Below, piece by piece: positions 56,992 to 64,000 of a stretch of DNA of 64,000 nt (positions are counted from its first letter, which is position 1; each line of letters opens with the position of its first letter). The notes under the pieces are model-generated. The model was given only the letters and a program-made list of their open reading frames with translations, was not told the origin of the DNA and searched no databases. The stretch lies in assembly GCA_965249115.1 (NCBI GenBank), contig CBDFLI010000001.1, positions 282,908 through 346,907 on the forward strand. Direction: 5' to 3'. Made by a program: the position numbers and the translations under genes. This DNA comes from Dehalococcoidia bacterium. GTDB lineage: Bacteria > Chloroflexota > Dehalococcoidia > Lucifugimonadales > QGNO01.

Positions 56992-58509
56992 ATGCAAACC
57001 AAGGGTCTTGTTCAAAGGGCTTTAGTCTATAGTGGGGCAAACGTCATCGGGCAAGCCGCCCTGGTGGTTCAAGCCTTCGTTGTCCGCCGGATATTGCCTC
57101 CAGAGGTGCTGGGCATATGGAGCTTTGCCGCTGTGGTACGGCAGTTCGTCATGAATTTCGACCCGGGCATATTGGCGGCGGCGGGCCGGGAGCTGCCCAT
57201 AGCGCAGGGCAGAGGCGATCAAGGGGAGCTGAACCAAATACGCTCCACGGCGCTCTGGAGCGTTGGTATTCAGGCAACGTTGATGGCTACGGTAATTATT
57301 GCCTATGCCTGGGTCGGCGCAGGGCGTTTCAGCAACACTGAGATCATTGCCCTCCATCTTGCCGCTGCTTTCGCCCTGGTCTCCATACTGGTCAATGTCT
57401 ATATGACCTTCTTCCAGGCTGCGGAGAGGTATGTATCCCTAAGTCGGGTCTTGCTGGTGGGTTCTTTGCTGGACGCTGTGTTGTTGTCCCTTGGTGCCTA
57501 TACGCTGGGCCTGGCTGGTTTGATGGTGGCAGCCGTAGTCTCTGTCCTGATCAAGTTGCTGCTCCTGGTCAGAGCAGGATGGACGCATGGCCTGGGCGCT
57601 TCGTTGAAGGCGAGAATAGACTTCAGAAGATTGAAATCGCTCCTGGCATTCGGGTTTCCTTTTAGGGTCCTGGATTATCCCCTAAGCCTCTTTTTGATTG
57701 CCGACCTGCTGGTGGTTTCATGGTTCTTTTCCGTAGCGGAGCTGGCCATCTACGCCATGGCAAAGAACTTCGTGAACCAGGTCAGCGAAGTTGGCGTACG
57801 CGTGGGCACGGTGTTTGGCACCCGATTTATGGTGTTATCAGGTGAAGGAGCCTCCAAGGCGGTGATAGGCCAACGCCTACAGTCTTTTGCGCTATTTCAG
57901 TTGCTGGTAGCGGTGCCCTTGCTGGCGTGTGCAGGCTTCGTGGGCGTGGGTTTCTTGGTTAGAGAGTTCATTCCCGCTTACGCAGACGGAGTGAATCCCT
58001 TTGAGATACTGTTGATAACAATGTTCTTTATGCCGCAGGTGGCAGTCATCCGCTTCCCTTTGTTGTATGACAAAGACCTGCGTCAGATTGGCATCTCCAA
58101 CGCGGTAGCAGTGGTTTCTACGGGAGCGTTCTTTCTATTGGCGGGTCTAATCGTGGGAGACCTGACATTGAGACTGGTCGCTCAAATAATGGTCCTAGGT
58201 TACGTTACGTATTTCGCTTATCTCATGATAGTGGTTGGACGCAGACTCTGGGGTCTACAGAGAACGGTGGTGAATCTAGGAATGGTGCTAGCTGCCGCTA
58301 TTTGGACTACGGCAGCGTTTGAGTGGCTATCTCGCGGAGATGTTTCCTTTGACAGCGTTGCCGATGATTTCTTGTGGTCCGTCCTGACTCTGGCCAAGCT
58401 GTTACTCTTGCTGTTACCTGTGTTCCTCCTGGGTGTATGGAGAGCCGGGCTACTAGGGAGCATGGTTTCAATGCTCTCGGGAAAGACGGGCAAGGAGTTG
58501 TCTCGGTGA
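56992..58509 (+). CDS. wzx: Oligosaccharide flippase (Wzx/MOP superfamily)
   Basis: ~12-14 hydrophobic helices. N-terminus LVYSGANVIGQAALVVQAFVVRRILPPEVLGIWS. Confidence 0.7.
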   Translation: MQTKGLVQRALVYSGANVIGQAALVVQAFVVRRILPPEVLGIWSFAAVVRQFVMNFDPGILAAAGRELPIAQGRGDQGELNQIRSTALWSVGIQATLMATVIIAYAWVGAGRFSNTEIIALHLAAAFALVSILVNVYMTFFQAAERYVSLSRVLLVGSLLDAVLLSLGAYTLGLAGLMVAAVVSVLIKLLLLVRAGWTHGLGASLKARIDFRRLKSLLAFGFPFRVLDYPLSLFLIADLLVVSWFFSVAELAIYAMAKNFVNQVSEVGVRVGTVFGTRFMVLSGEGASKAVIGQRLQSFALFQLLVAVPLLACAGFVGVGFLVREFIPAYADGVNPFEILLITMFFMPQVAVIRFPLLYDKDLRQIGISNAVAVVSTGAFFLLAGLIVGDLTLRLVAQIMVLGYVTYFAYLMIVVGRRLWGLQRTVVNLGMVLAAAIWTTAAFEWLSRGDVSFDSVADDFLWSVLTLAKLLLLLLPVFLLGVWRAGLLGSMVSMLSGKTGKELSR

Positions 58510-58558
58510 AGCCGAAAGAGTCCAAGCTTAAAGACTGGTGCCGGGAGCTAACGGTAGG

Positions 58559-59965
58559 ATGAAACGCAAAAACACGGTCTTGCTATTAGTGGACCAGCGT
58601 GCAAGAGACACGCAAGGGATTCTACTTGTTTACTATTTCCTCAAGCAAATGGGGTGCAGGGTGCATCTATGTAATAAGCGCAACATGCTTCAAAAGTATG
58701 AGCGGTTCGAACCCAATGTAGTTGCATTTTCAGATACTGGAACATACTTTTCCGATTGGTGTCGGTACATGTCCAAGAAGTCTCAGATTGTACTCATTCC
58801 TCAGGAAGGTGCAATCCCAGAAAGAGATATGACAGTCAAGCGATATATCGTAAATGACACAGGCAGCCAGCCCTTCACAAAGGGTGTTGCGAAAGTATTT
58901 ATCTGGGGTTCTCAAACGGCAAGTTGGTTACTTGAGGAAGAGATTTTCAGAGAAGACCAGATCGTTGTCTCAGGGACTCCCAGGTTAGATGTTTATAGGT
59001 CTGGAAGAGGGGGCAGTCGTCCTGAGAATGGTGTCCTTCGAGTTGGTTTCGCAAATCGTGGTGAGCCAGTCAACATGGTGCACGACTCAATGATTGAGCG
59101 GATAGATTATGGTAAGTACAACCGAGACGGGGTCGAAGTATACACCGGGACGGATAGGAACTGGGAAGATTGGATTTGGCATACCGTTTCCCAACTAAGG
59201 CTCTTCTTCATTTTGATTGATAACTTGAGTGGGGATCAAGAAAGATCGATTCTGTTTAGGCCTGACCCATATGAGAATTTCAGGTCCTATGATTCCGCGG
59301 TAAGAAAGTACCCCAACTTTCATATCAGTTCTACACCGTTCTTGGCGGATTTCATAGATGCAATAGATGTCTTGGTTACAGAATTTTCAACCACTGGCAT
59401 GGAATTTCTAATCCAGAAGAAACCTGTTATCTCCATCCAAAAAATAATCGGGCCGAGATTGAAAGACCACAACACAAATAGGTGGCATGTAGACACAAAG
59501 CATATGAAGTTTTACTGGCAACCGGAGACAATAGAAGAAGCCTTGGACGTGATTGAACAAATCGCCCGCAACGAATTGTCCTATTGTCCTGAGACATCGG
59601 CTCTAGAAGAGTACCTGAAACTCGTCTATGACTGGCCTAGGTTGGAACCCAGCAGCCTGACCATCGCCAGAGAGATCTATGAATTGCTAGAGCAACCCCA
59701 ACCTGCTCCAGAGATACCCACTGACGATGAGTCTAGGCCTTTTCCCGCTATTGCAGCATTGAACAAACTCGGGTCAATAATTCCATTTATGAGTCAAAAA
59801 CAACTTAAATGGATTTACTCTCACTACTACATTTTTGATCTCGTGCGTGCTCTGAGGAATCGCAGGTCGGGGAAGTTTGACTTGATTAAACGGACCGAAT
59901 TCAGCACATGGAACCGCTCTGATTTCAAAATCGCCAAGAAAATATTTCAAGAATTAGATGATTAA
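58559..59965 (+). CDS. Hypothetical protein, low GC; candidate GT-B-like surface-carbohydrate transferase
   Basis: 468 aa, markedly AT-richer than its neighbours. Alternating beta/alpha-looking pattern (VLLLVDQRARD...VVAFSD...VLIPQEG...VFIWG...LVTEFSTTGMEFL). No motif I can name with confidence. Confidence 0.4.
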   Translation: MKRKNTVLLLVDQRARDTQGILLVYYFLKQMGCRVHLCNKRNMLQKYERFEPNVVAFSDTGTYFSDWCRYMSKKSQIVLIPQEGAIPERDMTVKRYIVNDTGSQPFTKGVAKVFIWGSQTASWLLEEEIFREDQIVVSGTPRLDVYRSGRGGSRPENGVLRVGFANRGEPVNMVHDSMIERIDYGKYNRDGVEVYTGTDRNWEDWIWHTVSQLRLFFILIDNLSGDQERSILFRPDPYENFRSYDSAVRKYPNFHISSTPFLADFIDAIDVLVTEFSTTGMEFLIQKKPVISIQKIIGPRLKDHNTNRWHVDTKHMKFYWQPETIEEALDVIEQIARNELSYCPETSALEEYLKLVYDWPRLEPSSLTIAREIYELLEQPQPAPEIPTDDESRPFPAIAALNKLGSIIPFMSQKQLKWIYSHYYIFDLVRALRNRRSGKFDLIKRTEFSTWNRSDFKIAKKIFQELDD

Positions 59966-60156
59966 TAGTAAAGTCGTTTCCCTTGAGGGGATGTCAGTTA
60001 CAAGACAACGGCCTGGCCTACTCGCTGCCTGACGAATATTCAGCTACCAAGGAAGTAGCTCTTTGTCCGTTGGATCCCTTTAGAGATGGAAAGGCTGGCC
60101 CACGAATACTAGCAGCCCTCAATACAGCAGGCGTGCAGGAACAGGTGCCTGCCTAG
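59962..60156 (+). pseudogene. Possible 3' relic of a NeuC/WecB-type UDP-GlcNAc 2-epimerase
   Basis: Start-less open frame ends ...CPLDPFRDGKAGPRILAALNTAG*. It matches the family C-terminal pattern P-[YF]-x-DG-x-A-x-x-RI-x-x-x-L. Confidence 0.3.
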
Positions 60157-60189
60157 GGTGCAACTAGATAGTCACAGGAGGAGTACTTG

Positions 60190-61224
60190 ATGCTGCGCGT
60201 TGGAATCATTGGTTGCGGGGGCATAATCGAGCGACGTCACATGCCGGGGCTTTTGGAGCGTAACGACCTGGTGCAGGTGTGTGCCCTGGCCGACATCTCC
60301 GCGGACCGGGTAAATCTTCTGGCCGATAGAGCTGGCATCGGTGCCGAGCACCGCTACACCGACTATCGGGAGTTGCTGGCCCAGGAGACGCTGGACACCC
60401 TCATCGTGGCGACGCCCTCTGCCTACCATGAGGCGCCGGTCGTCGAAGCAGCCGGACGAGTTCCTACAATCCTGGTGGAAAAACCTCTAGCTGCCGACTT
60501 GGCCACGGCGGAAAGAATCATAGAAGCCTGTGAACGGTCCAAGGTGCGGTTGGGCGTTGTCCACAATCAGCTTTTTCGACCGGTGATGGAGGCTGCTGTG
60601 GAGCTGCTCTCTAGCGGAGCCCTTGGGAAGCCGTTCCTATACCGCGACGAGTTGCTAGGAGCCAGCCACCGTGTTGGCAGTGGCCAGGAGCCAGACTGGC
60701 GGACGCAGCGTGCCCACGGCCGTGGCGGCTGCCTGCTGGACAACGGCTATCATAGTATCTACGTCGCCGAGATGCTGATGGGCGGGCCTGTCACCTCGGT
60801 GCAGGCGCAGGTGGGCACTTTTACCCATGACTATGACGTAGAAGACACGGCGTTTGTCGTTATGCGACACGCAAACGGGGCGCTCAGCTCCATCCAGTGC
60901 GGCTGGAGCATTGTGGCGGGGCGAGACAAAGCACAGCGTGTAAACGAACTGCACGCAGCCGGTGGAACTATACTGTTCGATCATCAAGGAGCACCGCTAG
61001 TGGTGTTCCGGGCGGGGAGCGATGACCGGGAAGTGCCAGACGTAGCACCCGAGCGCCCAGACGACGCCGGCTACTACGCCTTCCGGGATCGCTTCTTGGA
61101 GGCAGTGGCCTCCGGCAAGCAGTTACCGGTTAGTGGGGCCGATGCCTACCACGTCCTGGCGGTCATCGAGGCGGCTTACGCATCTGCACGTACGGGTGAA
61201 TCGGTGGAGGTGACACGTAGCTAG
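60190..61224 (+). CDS. Gfo/Idh/MocA-family NAD(P)-dependent oxidoreductase
   Basis: MLRVGIIGCGGIIERRHMPGL...LVEKPLA. AGGAGG RBS. Confidence 0.85.
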   Translation: MLRVGIIGCGGIIERRHMPGLLERNDLVQVCALADISADRVNLLADRAGIGAEHRYTDYRELLAQETLDTLIVATPSAYHEAPVVEAAGRVPTILVEKPLAADLATAERIIEACERSKVRLGVVHNQLFRPVMEAAVELLSSGALGKPFLYRDELLGASHRVGSGQEPDWRTQRAHGRGGCLLDNGYHSIYVAEMLMGGPVTSVQAQVGTFTHDYDVEDTAFVVMRHANGALSSIQCGWSIVAGRDKAQRVNELHAAGGTILFDHQGAPLVVFRAGSDDREVPDVAPERPDDAGYYAFRDRFLEAVASGKQLPVSGADAYHVLAVIEAAYASARTGESVEVTRS

Positions 61225-61357
61225 CCACGATGCCTCTGTGTAACTGCGATGGAGGGATAAGGTAATGGTAATGGACCTAACTCATGAGTCACAGGCCAGC
61301 TATGAAGTGGCATCTCTTATCACTGTGACGTTGGTGACATAGGAAAGGTGAAAAATT

Positions 61358-62284
61358 ATGATCCGAGCAAAGCCTACATATAGCTCTGTTACCCGTATGC
61401 TCAACCCTGAGGGCAGGCGGGATAAACTCAGGCTGGACAAGAACGAACACACCGTTGGGCTCCCGGAAGAGATTGTCCAGGATGCGCTGAGTGGGTTGAC
61501 ACCCGAGGTCTTGGCCACCTATCCGGAGGTGCGCCCCCTTTACGAGAAGCTGGCCAAGACGCTAGGCGTGTCGGAGGGGAACCTTATGCTGGCAGCGGGC
61601 TCGGATGCCGGCATCAAATCCTTGTATGAGATGTTCGTCTCTGAGGGGGACCAGGTTGTTCTGCTCAGTCCCACCTACGCCATGTATTCGGTGTACTCCA
61701 AGATGTTTGGAGCGGAGGTGGTTGGCTTTGGGTATGGTCGCGATCTGTCTCTCGATACGGATGCCCTTCTCTCCGCCATCGGGCCCAGGGTTAGCCTCGT
61801 GGCCATAGCTAACCCCAACAGTCCTACCGGTACCGTCATAGAGCAGGAGACCCTGTTGAAGATCGTAGGCAAAGCCCGGGACGCAGGTGCGGTTGTCCTG
61901 ATTGACGAGGCGTACCACCCCTTCTATCCGCGCACTATCATGCCGTACATCCGGGAATACGACAATCTAGTTGTAACTCGGACGTTTTCTAAGGCATACG
62001 GAGTTGCGAGTTTGCGCCTCGGTTACATAGCTGGTAGCGAAAGCATGATCGACCTGCTGATGAAGATTCAACCCATGTATGAGGTCAACGGCGTTGCCGT
62101 GCACTTCGGTTGCTACATCCTCGACCACTTGGATGTAGTTGATAGGTACGTCCGGCAGGTTGAGGAGGGTAAACATTACCTGGAGGCAGAGATGGAGGCT
62201 CTAGGATTCTACACCTATCCAACATATGCCAACTTCATGCTTATTCGGGTTGAGGATGAACGCCTGAGAGAGGTGGTCTCGTTT
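61358..62284 (+). pseudogene. HisC-like class I/II aminotransferase, 5' part (interrupted by IS)
   Basis: LDKNEH...GSDAGIKSLYEMF...NPNSPTG...LIDEAY...TFSKAYGVASLRLGY (PLP Lys). The frame is terminated 2 codons into the IS. Confidence 0.8.
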
Positions 62285-62333
62285 GTCTGAACAGCGCTGC
62301 CCGGTTTGATAAGTGGAATCGCGCTGCCGTGCG

Positions 62334-62996
62334 TTAGGCCGCCGCGGACTCGGCAGGCGCTCTGTCAAAGAACTGGTCCGGCGTCATTCCCCCAAGGCTC
62401 GAATGGGGCCGTCCGGCATTGTAAAACTCGAAGTACCGCCCGAGTCCAGTTCTGGCTTCCGGGACCGATTCGTAGGCTCTCAGGTACACCTCCTCGTACT
62501 TGACGCTCTTCCACAGTCGTTCGACGAACACATTATCCTTCCAGCTTCCCTTCCCGTCCATGCTGATCTGGATCCCATTGGCTTTCAGCAGGCCGGTGAA
62601 GGCATCACTTGTGAACTGGCTTCCCTGATCTGTGTTGAATATCTCCGGCGCGCCGTGGCGTCCCAGGGATTCTTCGAGCGCCTCCACGCAGAAGTCTGTG
62701 TCCATTGTGACCGATACCCGCCAGGCCAGCACCTTGCGGCTATGCCAGTCCATCACTGCGGCTAGGTACACGAACCCCCTGGCCATCGGAATGTACGTGA
62801 TATCCATTGCCCACACCTGGTTGGGCCTGCTCACCTCAAGCCCGCGCAGCAGGTACGGATACACCGTATGGCCGGGCCGTCGCCGGCTGGTGTTGGGCTT
62901 GCGGTACAGCGCCTCGATGCCCATCCGCCGCATCAGTGTGGCGATGTGTCTACGCACGGAGGAGAGTCCCTCCTGGCGGAGCAGGCCTCGCATCAT
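62334..62996 (-). CDS. IS3-family transposase OrfB catalytic core (DDE integrase fold); upstream part is out of frame
   Basis: NQVWAMDITYIPMARGFVYLAAVMDWHSRKVLAW...FNTDQGSQFTS...ERLWKSVKYEEVY. The N-terminal MIDRDHKLPLARQ...MRRIDD is in another frame, with a break near 63029-63031. Confidence 0.8.
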   Translation of the reverse strand: MMRGLLRQEGLSSVRRHIATLMRRMGIEALYRKPNTSRRRPGHTVYPYLLRGLEVSRPNQVWAMDITYIPMARGFVYLAAVMDWHSRKVLAWRVSVTMDTDFCVEALEESLGRHGAPEIFNTDQGSQFTSDAFTGLLKANGIQISMDGKGSWKDNVFVERLWKSVKYEEVYLRAYESVPEARTGLGRYFEFYNAGRPHSSLGGMTPDQFFDRAPAESAAA

Positions 62997-63156
62997 CCTA
63001 CTGCCTGCAAACGGATACTCAAGGTGCAGTCATCGATGCGGCGCATCAGTCCGAGACCGGCTTCGCCCACCGGCCGTGGCCGGTAGTAGATGCTCCCGCG
63101 GCTGATGCCCACTGCCTTTGCCTGGCGGGCGAGAGGCAGCTTGTGATCGCGGTCGA

Positions 63157-63462
63157 TCATCGCCTTGCGCCCGGCAATCCCGCCTTCGTGAGCGCGGCCT
63201 CTAAAAAATCGTTCTCCAACGCAAGCTCACCGATCTTGGCGTGAAGGACCTTCATATCTACCGGCTTTTCAGCCTGCCCTGGCCCGGCCCCAAATAACTG
63301 CGCCGCCCGATCCAGCAACTGGGTCTTCCATTGCGTGATCTGGTTCGGGTGCACATCGAACTGGCTTGCCAGCTCCGAAAGTGTCCGGGCGCCGCGCACT
63401 GCGGCAAGAGCCACCTTCGCCTTGAACTCTGCCGAGTGGTTACGGCGGGGTCGTCTGCTCAT
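63157..63462 (-). CDS. IS3-family transposase OrfA (HTH)
   Basis: 101 aa: RRNHSAEFKAKVALAAVRGARTLSELASQFDVHPNQITQWKTQLL. Confidence 0.85.
   Translation of the reverse strand: MSRRPRRNHSAEFKAKVALAAVRGARTLSELASQFDVHPNQITQWKTQLLDRAAQLFGAGPGQAEKPVDMKVLHAKIGELALENDFLEAALTKAGLPGARR
63202..63208 (-). promoter_or_regulatory. Candidate -1 programmed frameshift heptamer T-TTT-TTA near the orfA end
   Basis: Minus-strand gat ttt tta gag. A -1 shift here reads ...NDFFRGRAHEGGIAGRKAMIDRDHK, joining OrfA to the OrfB N-terminus. Confidence 0.45.
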
Positions 63463-63535
63463 CTCTCGCTCCTGTCTCCGAGAGCACTATCATGCCCTCA
63501 ATCAGGCAGCGATTCCACTTATCCACCTGTTCAGA

Positions 63536-63718
63536 TTTCCGGAGCCACTTCTGAGAGAAAGTATTTCGCAGCATCTTGCTAGCCGGGACATATTGATCAG
63601 CGGGAGGCAGGCCCCGCCTTTAGAAGAGTGCATAAGGATCAGCCTAGGACCAAAGGATCAGATGAGAGTCGTGGCAAAGGAAATCCGGCACATAGTGAGC
63701 ACCGGAGGAGCCAAATGA
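63536..63718 (+). pseudogene. HisC-like aminotransferase, 3' part
   Basis: FPEPLLRESISQHLASRDILISGRQAPPLEECIRISLGPKDQMRVVAKEI. In frame with 61358..62284 once 62285-63538 is removed. Confidence 0.75.
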
Positions 63719-64000
63719 GTACTTCACGGACTGAAAAGGTTCCGCAGGTGGTCACGGATCGTGAGTGGAGCCGTGACTTATTCATATCGGGAAATCGAAT
63801 GTATCTGCGAGGGTTGACGGAACGGGACCTGGAAGGCGACTGGTACCGCTGGTTCAACGATGTGGAGGTGACTTACTTCCAGGACAAAGGGTATTTCCCC
63901 AATACCCTGGAGAAGCAGACCGTCTACTATGAGACCATCAAAAACAGTAATTCAGATGTAGTGCTCGCCATTATCGATGCCACCACTGATAAGCATATAG
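63715..64000 (+). CDS. GNAT (RimJ/RimL-like) N-acetyltransferase, 3' end off window
   Basis: Not in the track because there is no stop. ATGA-coupled ATG 63715. MSTSRTEKVPQVV...MYLRGLTERDLEGDWYRWFNDVEVTYFQ. Confidence 0.7.
   Translation, partial: MSTSRTEKVPQVVTDREWSRDLFISGNRMYLRGLTERDLEGDWYRWFNDVEVTYFQDKGYFPNTLEKQTVYYETIKNSNSDVVLAIIDATTDKHI

Larger units (their letters stand above)
62285..63535 (-). mobile_element. IS3-family insertion sequence (~1.25 kb; boundaries +/-3 nt)
   Basis: Terminal inverted repeats TCTGAACAG...GATAAGTGGAATCGC at both ends, with TG..CA termini at 62288 and 63533. orfA/orfB arrangement. TTT on both flanks. Confidence 0.85.

Overview
GC-rich bacterial chromosomal segment, about 58% GC by eye. 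The gene content and a 'GTGAGC..GTCGAACCAT' repeat family suggest Chloroflexota, but that is a weak guess. Positions 1-35.6 kb hold mostly housekeeping genes: clpC, a cbpA-hspR operon divergent from hsp20, PP2C phosphatase, hemQ/chdC, Zn-ADH, ferredoxin, gltX, lspA-rluD, hydantoinase, ltaE, an MFS transporter, rarA, selA, a coaE-cbbQ/norQ-NUDIX-VWA operon, cinA and pgi/pmi. Small lower-GC islets interrupt this stretch: an AadA-like nucleotidyltransferase, an orphan ORF at 16.3 kb, a Smr/RelE-RHH/broken P-loop block, and a BamHI/BglII-like nuclease candidate just downstream of selA. Positions 35.6-64 kb form a cell-surface glycan locus. It contains 5 x 27-bp tandem repeats in a divergent promoter, an O-antigen-ligase-like protein, a cyclase, a BY-tyrosine kinase, YvcK, a wHTH regulator and a NusG paralog. 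A ~20-kb unidirectional, translationally coupled operon follows, with TWO cytidylyltransferase/NeuB-type synthase pairs. The most interesting items are: (1) a non-canonical ulosonic-acid module (NeuA, SAF-less NeuB, HAD phosphatase, fold-type-IV aminotransferase, TIM barrel, two SDRs, GmhA-like isomerase); (2) a 2 x 108-bp repeated leader with attenuator-like alternative pairings right after the NusG paralog; (3) a methyltransferase cassette flanked by 48-bp perfect direct repeats and carrying an in-frame TGA; (4) an IS3-family element splitting an aminotransferase gene. No rRNA, tRNA or CRISPR array was seen. All protein family calls come from motif recognition by eye. No database search was run.
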